Assembly (NCBI GenBank): GCA_963702475.1 | Contig: CAVPCT010000004.1 | Coordinates: 160,001 to 224,000 of the forward strand | Origin: an uncultured Thermoleophilia bacterium | Lineage (GTDB): Bacteria; Actinomycetota; Thermoleophilia; UBA2241 | Reading direction: 5' to 3' | DNA length: 64,000 nucleotides | Part shown: positions 50,049-60,642 of the stretch, piece by piece | How positions within the stretch are numbered: the first letter of the stretch is position 1 | Layout: each line of letters begins with the position of its first letter | Notes under the pieces: model-generated | Told to the model about the DNA's origin: nothing | Databases searched by the model: none | What the model saw: the letters and a program-made list of their open reading frames with translations, nothing else | Program-made: the position numbers and the translations under genes

Positions 50049-50867
50049 CTACTCGCCGAGCCGCAGGATCGCCCGGGCCTCGTCCGGCGTTGCGGTCTTG
50101 CGACCCCATTCACCCGCGAGACGGGCCGCTCGCCCGACCAGTTCGGCGTTCTCTTTCGCCAACACGCCCTTGTGAAGGTAGATGTTGTCCTCGAACCCGA
50201 GGCGGACGTTGCCGCCAAGGGCGAGAGCGGTCATCGTGACCGGCATGTGCCAGCGGCCGATGCCGGTGCACGTCCAGGTCGACCCCTCGGGAATGCGGTC
50301 GACCAGGAAGACGAGGTTGCGTGGCTCGCCGCTCATGCTGCCCGGCACGCCCAGCACGAAGTCCCAGTGCAGCAGCGGGCCGGCCGGGCCGTTCTGCTTG
50401 ACCAGCCGCAGGGCGTTGTCGATCTGCCCGGCCTCGAAGATCTCGAACTCGGGGCGCACGCCCGCCGCCTGCATGCGCCGGTAGAACTCGCCCATCAGGG
50501 CCGTGTCGTTGAAGAACACCTCGTCGCCGAAGTTGGCGGTGCCGGTGGTCAACGACGCCATCTCCGGCTTGAGCGCGAGCGGCTGAAGACGCTCGTCGGC
50601 CGTCATCCCCATGGCGCCGCCGGTGCTGGTCTGGATGATGATGTCCGTGCGCCTGCGGATCTCCTCGATGGCCGCGGCGAACGCCTCGCGGGCCTGCGTG
50701 GGGTTCGCCTCGGCGTCGCGCACGTGCAGGTGATACATCGCGGCGCCGGCCTCACGGCAACGGGCGGCGTCGGCGCCGATCTCCGCGGCCGTCACCGGCA
50801 GGGCCGGCTGGGCCTCTTTGGTGGTCTCGGCGCCGACGCCGGCCACGGTGATGATGAGCTTCTCCAT
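50049..50867 (-). CDS. kce: 3-keto-5-aminohexanoate cleavage enzyme (BKACE/DUF849)
   Basis: MEKLIITVA..GAE.TKE..PALPVT, HLHVRD, IIQTSTGG, PEMASL and GGNVRLGFEDN; follows kat. Confidence 0.88.
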   Translation of the reverse strand: MEKLIITVAGVGAETTKEAQPALPVTAAEIGADAARCREAGAAMYHLHVRDAEANPTQAREAFAAAIEEIRRRTDIIIQTSTGGAMGMTADERLQPLALKPEMASLTTGTANFGDEVFFNDTALMGEFYRRMQAAGVRPEFEIFEAGQIDNALRLVKQNGPAGPLLHWDFVLGVPGSMSGEPRNLVFLVDRIPEGSTWTCTGIGRWHMPVTMTALALGGNVRLGFEDNIYLHKGVLAKENAELVGRAARLAGEWGRKTATPDEARAILRLGE

Positions 50868-50952
50868 CGTCGTCCCCCTCCGGCGCCTGAGGCGTCGCCC
50901 GGGCGCCGCCTGACGGTCTCCTCGCGAACGGCTGCGGCGCCGCCTCGTGTGT

Positions 50953-52221
50953 CTACTTCGTATACGGGTACGCCTGGTTCACGTACGCGAGGCTCTCCTC
51001 CACGACCGCGAGAGCGCGGTCCAGGTCGGCTTCTGTGTGACGGTAGCAGATGTACCAGTGATGGTACGGCTGGACGAAGAGCCCGCGGCGGATGCACTGC
51101 GTGTAGAACTCGGTGCGCCGCTCGCGGTAGTGGTCGTCGACGTGGTCGAAGGTGAGGAAGGGCATCGGCGGGATGCCGCTCTTCGTGACCGGCACGCCGG
51201 AGGCGTCCACGATCGCGCCCAGCCCGTCCAGGAATCTCGTGCCGCGCTCCCAGATGGCGTCCTGCACCTTCTCGCGCTCGAGGATCTCGAGGCACTTCAT
51301 GCTGGCCGCCATCTCCAGGCTGTTGGGGAAGTAGGTGGAGCTGAGGAAGGCGTCCTTGACGTAGACACTCAGGACCTCGCGCCTGCCGACCAGCGCGGCG
51401 ATCGAGTAGCCGTTGGCCATGGCCTTGCCGACGGTGGTGATGTCCGGCGTCACGCCGTAGCGCTCGCTGGCGCCGCCCATGGCGACACGGAAGCCGGTGC
51501 GGATCTCGTCGAAGCACACCGGCACGTCGTTGCCGTGGCAGAGGTCGACGAGCGCCTGCAGGTAACCGTCGGGCGGCGTGATGATCGGCAGGGCCATCGG
51601 GTGGCCGACGGGGGTGATGATGACGCCGGCGATCTCGCCCGGGTTCTCGGCGAACACGCGCTCAAGGTCGCCGAGGTCGCCGTACTCGAACTCGACGGTG
51701 AGGTCGGTGACGGCCCTGGGCACGCCGCCGTGGTGCTCCACGCACCAATCTCCCCAGCCGTGGTAGCCGCAGCGCGCGATCTTGTCGCGGCCGGTGTAGG
51801 CGCGCATGGCGCGCACGGCCGCGTTGGTCGCGTCCGAGCCGGTCTTGACGAGGATGGTCTGCTCTCCGCAGGGCATGATCTCGGCGAGACGCTCCTCGAG
51901 CTCGTTCTGCAGGGGCTGCACGAGGCTGAAGCAGAAGCCCTTCTCCATCTGCGCCTTGGCGGCGTCGTTGATCTCCGTCTCCACGTAACCGAGGATGATC
52001 GGCCCGTAGGCGCAGAGCATGTCGATGTACTCGTTGCCGTCCACGTCGACGATGTGACCGCCGTGGCCGTGGGTGATGAACACGGGATACTCGCCGACCA
52101 CGAAGTTGTAGGGCCGGCGGATGCCGCCGACGCCGCCGGGGGTGAGCCGCTGGGCGTCCTCGAGCATGGCCATGGACTTGGTGAGGGTGAGCTTGGGGGC
52201 GCTCTCGACGGGCTTCGTCAT
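50953..52221 (-). CDS. kat: 3-aminobutyryl-CoA aminotransferase (class III PLP, GSA-aminomutase-like)
   Basis: PGGV.GIRRPYNFV.GEYP.F, DVDGNEYID.LCAYGPII.GY, KTGSDAT, FDEIRTGFR, GKAMANG and FVQPYHH.YICYRHT closely match my recollection of the Cloacimonas Kat; adjacent to kce. Confidence 0.8.
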   Translation of the reverse strand: MTKPVESAPKLTLTKSMAMLEDAQRLTPGGVGGIRRPYNFVVGEYPVFITHGHGGHIVDVDGNEYIDMLCAYGPIILGYVETEINDAAKAQMEKGFCFSLVQPLQNELEERLAEIMPCGEQTILVKTGSDATNAAVRAMRAYTGRDKIARCGYHGWGDWCVEHHGGVPRAVTDLTVEFEYGDLGDLERVFAENPGEIAGVIITPVGHPMALPIITPPDGYLQALVDLCHGNDVPVCFDEIRTGFRVAMGGASERYGVTPDITTVGKAMANGYSIAALVGRREVLSVYVKDAFLSSTYFPNSLEMAASMKCLEILEREKVQDAIWERGTRFLDGLGAIVDASGVPVTKSGIPPMPFLTFDHVDDHYRERRTEFYTQCIRRGLFVQPYHHWYICYRHTEADLDRALAVVEESLAYVNQAYPYTK

Positions 52222-52516
52222 CTGGGCTCCTTTGGAGGTCGAGGCGGAAGGGCTGCGTCGGTCGCGAAAGGCGGACACGACCGGGTCTCAGCCGGGGTCC
52301 GGCCAGAGGCGGCTGTAGATGTGGAGGATGGTCAACCTTGGCCTCCGAGCTTCGCGCAGGCCGCGTGCGTGCGGCCGACGCGTCCGTAGAGCGTACCGGA
52401 TGCGGACGCGACCGGCATCGATCGGCGCTGCCCGCAACGGACAGGCGGCGGCGGCCGCTTCGCCAGGATGGCGACCCCGTGGCGGCCGGCTTTGAGACAG
52501 GTCCTCCGCCCGCGGG

Positions 52517-53539
52517 TCACAGCCCCGGCTCCGGCGACGGGGTCTGTTCTTCGCGCTCCCCGAACAACACGACGAGCACGCCGGCGCCGACGATGAGCGC
52601 GCCGCCGAGCACGGTCCAGCCGGTGATCGCCTGCCCCAGAAGCAGGAACGCGTAGATGGGCCCGGAGACCGGCTCGAGGTAGCCGAGAATGGAGCTGTGC
52701 TGCACCTTGATGCGGCCCATACCGGCCGTCCACATCATGTAGGCGACGGCAGTGCACAGGACGCCGAGGACGACGCCGGCCACGAGGTCGCGCGCGGTCA
52801 TCCCGTAGCCGGCGCCCACGGTCTGCACGAGCGCCAGCGGCAGCAGGATCACGGCGTCCAGAAGGATCTCGGCCATGACGATGGTGACGGCGGGCACGCG
52901 CGTGGTCAGGTCCTTGACGATGAGCTGGAAGGCGGCGTAGCCGAGACCGGCGCCCAGACCTGCGGCCACGCCGGCCGCGGACAGCTCGACGCCCTCGCCA
53001 AGCAGGGAAGGCGCCAGGATGGCGGCGAGCCCTGCGAGCGCCAGCAGCAGCGCCGGGTAGACGATGCGCTCCGTTCGCGAGCGGAACACGCGCGGCGCCA
53101 GCAGCGCTACCCACACTGGCGCCAGAAACAGGAGGAACATGCCGATGGCCACGCTCGCGTCGCGCATCGCCACGAAGAAGAGCAGCAGCATAGCCGAGTC
53201 GACCAGGCCCATCAGCAGCAGGCGGGGCCAGACCCCTCGGCGGAGGGCGCCGGCCAGCGGCCGGCGGCGGGCGAAGACGATGCCGAGCACCGCGCCGGCG
53301 GTCACGAAACGCACCACAAGGAGCGCGCTCTCGGGCGCCGTCGTCCAGGTCACGAGCACGCCGATGAACCCGAAGATGACGAACGACCCGGCGACGAGGA
53401 GGTAGCCCTGGGCGGCGCGCCGGCTCAGAGTGGCTCCGGCTCCGCGGCCGCGGCGGTGGAGGCTTCGCCCTCGCCGCGGCCGAACAGCACCACAAGCAGT
53501 CCGGCCGCCAGGATGAGAGCGCCGCCTACCCATGTCCAC
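52517..53539 (-). CDS. EamA/DMT family transporter
   Basis: Two EamA halves, FLAPVWVALLAP and HSSILGYLEPVSGP.YA; the true start is probably near 53430. Confidence 0.85.
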   Translation of the reverse strand: MDMGRRRSHPGGRTACGAVRPRRGRSLHRRGRGAGATLSRRAAQGYLLVAGSFVIFGFIGVLVTWTTAPESALLVVRFVTAGAVLGIVFARRRPLAGALRRGVWPRLLLMGLVDSAMLLLFFVAMRDASVAIGMFLLFLAPVWVALLAPRVFRSRTERIVYPALLLALAGLAAILAPSLLGEGVELSAAGVAAGLGAGLGYAAFQLIVKDLTTRVPAVTIVMAEILLDAVILLPLALVQTVGAGYGMTARDLVAGVVLGVLCTAVAYMMWTAGMGRIKVQHSSILGYLEPVSGPIYAFLLLGQAITGWTVLGGALIVGAGVLVVLFGEREEQTPSPEPGL

Positions 53540-54429
53540 AGGCCGGGGAGCTGCCCGAGGAGAAGCACCGCGTACAGGGGGCCGGCCACCGGCTCCACGT
53601 ACCCGAGGACGGTGACGTGTTCAACGCGCACCCGGCGCGTGCCCTCCACCCACAGCGTGTACGCCACGGCAGTGCACAGCACGCCCATCACGGCGACGGC
53701 CAGCCAGTCGCGGCCGGTGATCTGGTAGCCGGTGCTGGTCAGCTGCCAGATGGCCAGGGGCGCGACGATGACGGCATCGCCCGCCGCCTCGGCCGTCGAG
53801 ATGGTGGCCGAGGAGGCACGCCCGGTGAGGCCCTTCACGGAGAGCGTGTACGAGGCGTAGCCGAAGCCGGTGGCGAGGGCGGCAAGCAGGCCGATCCACG
53901 AGACCTTGACGCCCTCGCCGAGCAGGTCGGGGACGAGGATGACGGCCAGGCCGGCGAGGGCGAGGCCGAGCGCCGGCCACACGATCGGGTCGCGCGGAGT
54001 GTGGAAGACGCGCGGGGCGACCAGCGTGACCCACAGCGGCATGAGGAACAGGAGGAACATGGCGATGGCCACGCTGGTGCTGCGCACGGCGAAGAAGAAG
54101 AGCAACAGCGTGGCGGACGAGACGCACGCCATCGCGATGAGCCGCCAGGCGGCGCCCGGCCGGCGCCAGTCGGTGAGCATCGGGCGCCGCAGGAAGACCA
54201 CGCCGAGCGCCAGGGCGGCCAGCGCCATGCGCAGGCACAGCGCCACGCTCTCCGGAGCGTTGATCCACGCTACCAGCGGCGCCGAGCCGGCCATCAGCAG
54301 GTACGCGACCAGGACCTCGGCGTAGCCGAGCGGGTCGCGGCGCGGCTTCGCTGCGCCGGCCGGAGGCTCGCCGCTCGATCCCCGCCGAAGGGGAGGCGTG
54401 GAGCGGTGGTCCGCAGGCGCACCACTCAC
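53425..54429 (-). CDS. EamA/DMT family transporter
   Basis: FLMPLWVTLVAP and VRVEHVTVLGYVEPVAGPLYA. Confidence 0.88.
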   Translation of the reverse strand: MSGAPADHRSTPPLRRGSSGEPPAGAAKPRRDPLGYAEVLVAYLLMAGSAPLVAWINAPESVALCLRMALAALALGVVFLRRPMLTDWRRPGAAWRLIAMACVSSATLLLFFFAVRSTSVAIAMFLLFLMPLWVTLVAPRVFHTPRDPIVWPALGLALAGLAVILVPDLLGEGVKVSWIGLLAALATGFGYASYTLSVKGLTGRASSATISTAEAAGDAVIVAPLAIWQLTSTGYQITGRDWLAVAVMGVLCTAVAYTLWVEGTRRVRVEHVTVLGYVEPVAGPLYAVLLLGQLPGLWTWVGGALILAAGLLVVLFGRGEGEASTAAAAEPEPL

Positions 54430-55352
54430 ACCGGCGGCTCCGTCTCCACGTCCTGCTCACCGCGGACCACGACAAGCACGCCGGCGGTCAGCACGAGCGC
54501 CCCGCCGACCGCCGTGTACACGGAGACGGCCTGGCCGATCAGGACCCACGCGAACAGCGGCGCCGCCACCGGCGAGAGGAAGCCGAGCACCGCGCTGTGC
54601 TGCATGCGGATGTAGCGCACACCCTCCATCCACAGGCTGTAGGCCAGCGCGGTGCACACCAGGCCGAGGATCAGCGCCACCAGGAGGTCGCGCTGCGTGA
54701 GCGCGTAGCCCGTGGAGAGCGTCTGCCAGAGCGCCAGCGGCAGCAGGAACAGGCAGTCCATGGAGCACTCCGAGAGCACCATGGCGGCGCTGTCCATGCG
54801 CGTCGTCAGGCCCTTGACCAGCAAGGCGAAGCCGGCGTACGCCCAGCCCGACAGGAAACCCGCGACGAGGCCCAGCACCGACACATGAAGGCTCCCGCTC
54901 AGCGCCGGCGCCAGGATGATCGCCAGACCCACCAGGGCGATGGCGATGGAGACGTACACGACCCGCTCCGTGCGACTTCCGAGCAAGCCGGGCGCGAGGA
55001 TGGCGATCCACACGGGCTGGCTGAACAAGAAGACGGTGCCGATGGCCACGCCCACCTCGCGGACCGCGTAGAAGTAGAACAGCAGCGCGACGGCGTCGAA
55101 GAAGCCCATCAGGACCAGCCGCGGCCAGAGGTCCCGCTGCCGGAGGCAGCGCAGGCGCCGAGGCCGGCCGAGGACGATGAGGATGGCGGCCACGGCGATC
55201 GCGTAGCGCAGCACGAGCAGCAGGCTCGCGGGCGCCGTGGCCCAGGTGACGAGGGTGCCCGACAGGCCGATGATGATGTACGAGGCGGCCACCATGGCGT
55301 AGCCCGTGGCCGCCGAGCGCGAGCGTCCGGCCGCGCTCATCTGACGCTCCAC
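54426..55352 (-). CDS. EamA/DMT family transporter
   Basis: FSQPVWIAILAP and IRMQHSAVLGFLSPVAAPLFA. Confidence 0.88.
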   Translation of the reverse strand: MERQMSAAGRSRSAATGYAMVAASYIIIGLSGTLVTWATAPASLLLVLRYAIAVAAILIVLGRPRRLRCLRQRDLWPRLVLMGFFDAVALLFYFYAVREVGVAIGTVFLFSQPVWIAILAPGLLGSRTERVVYVSIAIALVGLAIILAPALSGSLHVSVLGLVAGFLSGWAYAGFALLVKGLTTRMDSAAMVLSECSMDCLFLLPLALWQTLSTGYALTQRDLLVALILGLVCTALAYSLWMEGVRYIRMQHSAVLGFLSPVAAPLFAWVLIGQAVSVYTAVGGALVLTAGVLVVVRGEQDVETEPPV

Positions 55353-55400
55353 GTGCCCATAGGTGGCTTCCCCTTCGGCGCCCGGAGGCGCCGGCCCTGC

Positions 55401-55933
55401 TCAGATCGGCTCCGCCTCCGCCAGCTCGGCGACCGACGTCTCGCCTTCCGCGGCCCCGTACAGGATGACGAGCACACCCGCGGCGATGATGAGGGCTCCC
55501 CCGGCCACGGTCCAGTGGCCCGGCCGTTCCCCCACCAGGAGGTAAGCGTACACGGCGGCGCCGACCGGCTCCACGTACCCCGGGATCGTGACGTGCTCCA
55601 CGCGCACGCGCCGTGTCCCCTCCGCCCAGAGCGTGTGGGCGAAGGCGGTGCACACCAGACCCATCACGGCGATGGCGACGAGGTCGCGCGCAGTCAGGCG
55701 ATAGCCGGTATCGGCGAGCTGCCACGGGGCCAGCGGCAGGACGAACAGGGCGTCCAGCGGGACCGCGGCGATCGCCATGCGCAGGCTCAGCGTAGCGCCG
55801 GGGGGCGGGGCGCGTGCGTGAAGGCGACCAGCGGCGCCGTGGCGGCCATGAGCAGGTAGCCGGCGAGCACGATGGCATAGCCGGCGGGGTCGCTACGCAG
55901 CCCCGCCGCCGCCGGGCCGCCTCCCGGCCTCAT
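55401..55933 (-). pseudogene. EamA paralog with an internal deletion and a frameshift near 55800
   Basis: The N-terminal helix (DPAGYAIVLAGYLLMAATAPLVAF) is fused across a frameshift to LRMAIAA, then jumps directly to the C-terminal part (LDALFVLPLAPWQ...VRVEHVTIPGYVEPV). Confidence 0.7.
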
Positions 55934-56916
55934 CCGACCAGCTCCGGCTCGGGCGCGTAACGGCCGTACAGCACCACGACGATGCCGGCGGCCACGATGA
56001 GCGCGCCGCCCGCGACCGTCCATGCCGAGGGCACCTGACCGAGGAAGACGAGCGCGTACAGCGGCGCGCTCACGGGCTCGAGGTAGGCGATGATGGAGGC
56101 GTGCTGCACACGCACGTAGCGCAGGCCGTCCATGAAGAGGCTGAACGAGAACGCGGTGGTCACCAGCCCGAGGAGGGCGGCCACGAGCACATCCGGCAGG
56201 GTGTAGCTGTACTGCGCCGCAGTCACCGCGAGCAGCCCCGGCCCGAGCATGACCGCGGCGGTGAACGCGCTCTGCACGAAGACGACCGCCGTGCTGCGCA
56301 CGCGGCGCACGCGCAGCGACTTGGCGAGCAGCAGGTACGCGGCGTACATGACGCCGGCGCCCCACGCGCACAGCAGCCCCGCCGCCGAGAGCTTCGCCCC
56401 CTCCAGCAGCAGACCCGGCACGAGGATCAGCGCCATGCCGGCGAGGCCGGCGACCAGGGCGACGTACACGACGCGGTCTGTCGCCTCGCGCAGCACCCGT
56501 GGCGCGACGACGGCGACGTACAGCGGCGCCAGGTACGACAGGAAGATGGCGACGGCGACACCCGTCGAGCGGATGGCGATGAAGTACAGAATGAGGTTCG
56601 CGGCCAGACTGGCGCTGATGGCCACCACTCGGAGAGGCGCTCCGGGCCTGCGAAGGTCGCGCCAGCTGCCGGTCGCCGCGACCACGACGCCGAGCACCGC
56701 CGCCGCAAACGCCATACGGAGGCACAGCAGCATGGTGGCCGGCATGTCCGCGTAGACGACCATGACGCCGATGGAGCCGTTGGCCAGGGACGCGCACCCG
56801 ACCTCGAGATAGCCGCGGAGGCGCTCGGGTGGTCCGCCGGCCGGGTCCACGGCGGCGGCGGGCGCGTCTCCGCCGTCGCCGTCGCTCGGCCGGCCCGAAC
56901 CGGCAGAGCCCGTCAT
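55930..56916 (-). CDS. EamA/DMT family transporter
   Basis: YLAPLYVAVVAP and VRVQHASIIAYLEPVSAPLYA. Confidence 0.88.
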   Translation of the reverse strand: MTGSAGSGRPSDGDGGDAPAAAVDPAGGPPERLRGYLEVGCASLANGSIGVMVVYADMPATMLLCLRMAFAAAVLGVVVAATGSWRDLRRPGAPLRVVAISASLAANLILYFIAIRSTGVAVAIFLSYLAPLYVAVVAPRVLREATDRVVYVALVAGLAGMALILVPGLLLEGAKLSAAGLLCAWGAGVMYAAYLLLAKSLRVRRVRSTAVVFVQSAFTAAVMLGPGLLAVTAAQYSYTLPDVLVAALLGLVTTAFSFSLFMDGLRYVRVQHASIIAYLEPVSAPLYALVFLGQVPSAWTVAGGALIVAAGIVVVLYGRYAPEPELVG

Positions 56917-56917
56917 G

Positions 56918-57280
56918 TCAGCGCCTCCGACAGCGTGGCGCCGCGATGACCACCCACACGGGCGCGAGGTACTCGAGGGAGACGGCGATGGTCACGTTCG
57001 AGAGGCTGACTGCGAGGTAGTAGAACAGCACCTCGACGGCCACCACGAAGCCGACCAGCCAGAGCCGGCCCACCTTGCCGTTGCGCCTCACCTCGGCGGG
57101 CCCGCCGGTGAGGAAGAAGAAGACGGCGAGGACGGCTCCGGCCAGCCCCATGCGCGTGACCACGAGCAGGCTGGCCGGCATCGCCGACACCTGGATCAGT
57201 GTGGCGGCCGTCCCGAGGATCAGCGACGAGGCGCCGATCTCGGCGTAGCCGCGGAGGCGCTTGTCGCCGCAGCGGGCCAC
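56918..57280 (-). pseudogene. Truncated EamA paralog (N-terminal half only)
   Basis: LRGYAEIG...EYLAPVWVVIAAP followed by an early stop. Confidence 0.65.
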
Positions 57281-57359
57281 TCAGGCCGGCCGCACGGCGC
57301 ACCGCCGATCGTGAGCGGGGGGTGCGCCCACGGTGCACCCCTGATCGCCCTGGGCGTGC

Positions 57360-59150
57360 TCAGACCTCCGCGAACCCCAGGCGGCTGGCGAACACATCGA
57401 GAAAGCGGCTGTCGGTGGCCAGGTCGAGGAACCCGGTCAGATCGCGGACCTTGGCCATGCGGCGCCGGGCTCCGACGTCGATGAGCGCCATCTGGGCGCC
57501 GACGCCGGCGGCGTTGCCGACGAACGCCACGCGACGCTTGGGCACCGGCGGGAACAGGCCCAGGAACTGCGAGGCCTCGAGGTCGAGGTAGTTGCCGAAC
57601 GCGCCGGCGATATAGACGTTCTCGAGCTCATCCAGGCTGACTCCGAGCGTGTCCATGAGCAGGTACCAGCCGCTGGCGATGGCGCCCTTGGCGAGCTGCA
57701 GGGCGCGCACGTCGTGCTGCGTGAACACGATGTCGCCGTTGGCGCCCTCGCAGATGAAGTACTCGAGGCCGCCCTCACTCTCGCGCACGTGGGGATGGTC
57801 CTTCTGCAGGCGGCCGGTCTTGTCGACGATGCCCGCCCTGACCACGCCGGCCAGCAGATCGACTACGCCGGAGCCGCAGATGCCCACCGGCGCCGTGCCT
57901 GCGATGGTCTGGATATCAACCGGCTCGCCCTCGGGGGTGATGCGTACGCGCTCGATCGCGCCGGCCACCGCCTTCATACCGTTGCGGATCTGGTAACCCT
58001 CGAACGCCGGCCCCGAGGCACAGCTGGTGACGGTGACGCGGCCGTCCTTGACCAGCGCGATCTCGGTGTTGGTGCCGATGTCGATGGCCATGGCGGGGCG
58101 CTTCTTGTGCGACAGCCGCGTGGCGGCGATGACGGCCAGAGCGTCCGAGCCGACGAAGCCGGCGATGGGCGGCGGGAAGTGCACGCCGCCGTTGGGGTTC
58201 ATGTCGATGCCCAGCTCGCTCGCGCGGTAGGTGAGCGGCTCGGCGGCGGCAGGGGCGAACGGGGCCTGGCCGAGGCCGACCGGCGAGAGCCCGAGGGCGA
58301 GGTGGTGCATGGCCGTGTTGCCGACCACGGTCATGTCGTAGACGTGGTCGGGCTCGATGTTCTGACGCTCGTAGAGCGCCTTGAGATTCTCGTTGATGCC
58401 GCCGCGGACCACGCGCCCCAGCTCGCCGGCGGCGTCGCAGGTCGCTCCGTGGTCGATGCGCGAGATCACATCCTCGCCGTAGCGCATCTGCGGGTTCTCG
58501 ATGGCCTCCTGGTCGATGAGCACACCGCGCTCTAGGTCGAACAGGTAGGCGATCACCTTGGAGGTGCCGATGTCCACGGCCACGCCGTAGCACGGCGGCA
58601 GGCCGTCGTCGCCCTTGTGCACGTCGACCACGCGCTTGCCGTACAGCGTCGCGTTGACCTTCCACTTGCCGTCCCGCAGGGTCTTGGGCAGGCAGTCCAG
58701 GACGTTGAGCGGGACCTCCACGCCGCCAAGAGCCTCGTCGAAACGCTCGAGGTCCGAGCGTGCGTCCTCCAGCGTGGCCGGCTCGAGCTCGACGTGCTTC
58801 GTGACCACCGCTGGATGCGGCTTGCCGTGCTGCAGCTTGGACGTGGTGAGGATGCGACGCTGCCCGGCGGTGCCGCGCACCTCGATGCTGACACGAGCGC
58901 CTAGTGGATAGGCCTGACACGCGAGGCGCCAGCCCTCGTCGCGCAGCTTCTCGGGGATGCGCTTGAGCTCGCGGCTCGTGTGCTCAGACAACTCGCCGGC
59001 GCCCAGGCGCACCAGGCACTTGCCGCAGGTGCCGCGTCCGGCGCAGTCGGTACCGATCTCCACTGACGCGGCGACGAGGGCGTTGAACAGGGTCTCTTCT
59101 TCGGGGACGTCGAGAGTCAGCCCGATAGGCTCGACGAAGACTCGGGTCAC
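57360..59150 (-). CDS. ATP-dependent reductive activator of corrinoid proteins (RACo/RamA-like; ASKHA domain with N-terminal [2Fe-2S])
   Basis: CAGRGTCGKC...RLACQ, VAVDIGTS, NPQ..YGEDVISRI, VVGNTAM, GFVGSD, DIGTNTE, SCASGPAFEG, GICGSG and AGAFG motifs. Confidence 0.9.
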   Translation of the reverse strand: MTRVFVEPIGLTLDVPEEETLFNALVAASVEIGTDCAGRGTCGKCLVRLGAGELSEHTSRELKRIPEKLRDEGWRLACQAYPLGARVSIEVRGTAGQRRILTTSKLQHGKPHPAVVTKHVELEPATLEDARSDLERFDEALGGVEVPLNVLDCLPKTLRDGKWKVNATLYGKRVVDVHKGDDGLPPCYGVAVDIGTSKVIAYLFDLERGVLIDQEAIENPQMRYGEDVISRIDHGATCDAAGELGRVVRGGINENLKALYERQNIEPDHVYDMTVVGNTAMHHLALGLSPVGLGQAPFAPAAAEPLTYRASELGIDMNPNGGVHFPPPIAGFVGSDALAVIAATRLSHKKRPAMAIDIGTNTEIALVKDGRVTVTSCASGPAFEGYQIRNGMKAVAGAIERVRITPEGEPVDIQTIAGTAPVGICGSGVVDLLAGVVRAGIVDKTGRLQKDHPHVRESEGGLEYFICEGANGDIVFTQHDVRALQLAKGAIASGWYLLMDTLGVSLDELENVYIAGAFGNYLDLEASQFLGLFPPVPKRRVAFVGNAAGVGAQMALIDVGARRRMAKVRDLTGFLDLATDSRFLDVFASRLGFAEV

Positions 59151-59270
59151 TGTGGACTCCTAGGACGGGGTTCCGAGGGGATTCGGGGGATTCTACTACC
59201 CGTGCGGGAGTTTGCTCACGCCTCTCCCGCACGGTCGTTGACCTCCGTCAAGCTCTCAGGCTCCCGCGTC

Positions 59271-60566
59271 TCAGGCCTCGACCCCGCCGAACACGTCGGC
59301 CATGCGGTTCTTGCGGTCCACGACCTTCTGCATGCGCGCCGCCCACACGTCGCTGAGGACCGGTCCGTGGCCTGGGTCGAACATGCCGGCGACGCCGAGA
59401 CGCTGGTGGGCGCTCTCGCACTCGGGGCAGTGGCACTCGCCCTTGCCGTAGTCGTCCGGCTCATCGTAACGGCTGATGACGCCCTCGTAGTTGCGCAGGA
59501 TGACCTTGTCCGGCGCGTGCGTGATGACGTAGTTGGGAAACACCGGCGTCTTTCCGCCGCCGCCGATGGCGTCGATGATGAAGGTCGGCACCGCCATGCC
59601 GCTGGTGTGGCCGCGCAGGCTCTCGTAGATCTCGATGCCCTTCATCACGCTGGTGCGGAAGTGGGCCGTGCCCTCGGCGAGGTCGCACTGGTAGAAGTAG
59701 TACGGCTTCACGCGATACTGCAACAGCCTGTGCACCAGCTTCATCATCACGTGGGCGCAGTCGTTGACGCCGCGCAGAAGCACCGACTGGTTGCCGAGGT
59801 TGATGCCCGCGTCGGCGAGCAGGTCGCAGGCCGCCTTGCTCTCGGCCGTGAACTCGTTGGGGTGGTTGAAGTGCGTGTTGAAGTAGAGCGGGTGGTACTT
59901 CTTGAGCATCGCGCACAGCTCGGGGGTGATGCGCTGCGGGCACACGACCGGCATGCGCGAGCCGATGCGGATGATCTCCACGTGCGGGATGGCGCGCACG
60001 CGGCTGACGATGTCCTCGAGCTGTGCGTCCGAGAGGACCAGCGGATCACCGCCGCTGATGAGCACGTCGCGGACCTCCGGCGAGCGCTCGATGTAGGTGA
60101 TGGCGTTGTCGATGTCCTCGCGCGGGACCATCTTCTCGCTGCCGCCCACCAGACGCCTGCGCGTGCAGTGGCGGCAGTACATGCTGCACATGTCGGTGAC
60201 CACGAAGAGCACGCGGTCGGGGTAGCGGTGCGTGAGGTGCGGCGTGGGGGAGTCGAAGTCCTCGGCGATGGAATCGGGCATCTCTTCGGAGTGGACGAGG
60301 AGCTCGGCGGGCGTGGCCACGGCCTGGGCGCGCACGGGGTCGCGGGGATCGCCCGGGTCGATGAGCGACGCGTAGTAGGGCGTCACGCTGACGCGGAACC
60401 TGCCGAGGCAGAGCTCGAGGTCGGCGCGCTGCCCCTCGTCCAGGTCGAGCAGCTCGGTGAAGTCCTCGAGCGTGGTCAGGCGATTGCGGAACTGCCAGTG
60501 CCAGTCGCCCCAGTCGGCGTTGCTGACGTCGGCGAACATCGGTATGTCTCTGCGGTCGCGGATCAT
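59271..60566 (-). CDS. kamA: L-lysine 2,3-aminomutase (radical SAM)
   Basis: W.DWHWQ, THRYPDRVL, CSMYCRHCTRRR, SGGDPL, THFNHP, NQSVLLRGVND, GHTSG, GGGGK (PLP lysine) and C-terminal CHCPEC zinc motif. Confidence 0.9.
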   Translation of the reverse strand: MIRDRRDIPMFADVSNADWGDWHWQFRNRLTTLEDFTELLDLDEGQRADLELCLGRFRVSVTPYYASLIDPGDPRDPVRAQAVATPAELLVHSEEMPDSIAEDFDSPTPHLTHRYPDRVLFVVTDMCSMYCRHCTRRRLVGGSEKMVPREDIDNAITYIERSPEVRDVLISGGDPLVLSDAQLEDIVSRVRAIPHVEIIRIGSRMPVVCPQRITPELCAMLKKYHPLYFNTHFNHPNEFTAESKAACDLLADAGINLGNQSVLLRGVNDCAHVMMKLVHRLLQYRVKPYYFYQCDLAEGTAHFRTSVMKGIEIYESLRGHTSGMAVPTFIIDAIGGGGKTPVFPNYVITHAPDKVILRNYEGVISRYDEPDDYGKGECHCPECESAHQRLGVAGMFDPGHGPVLSDVWAARMQKVVDRKNRMADVFGGVEA

Positions 60567-60642
60567 GGCGCCTCGTCTCCTTCTCGCGAGCGCCCCAGGT
60601 CGCCCGCGGTCATCGTGCACGCACACTTCATGCAGTCATGCA

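Noticed and set aside
59271-60566. Radical SAM protein as PylB or EpmB
   Set aside because: Its motifs (THRYPDRVL, the GGGGK PLP site and C-terminal zinc cysteines) are those of KamA.
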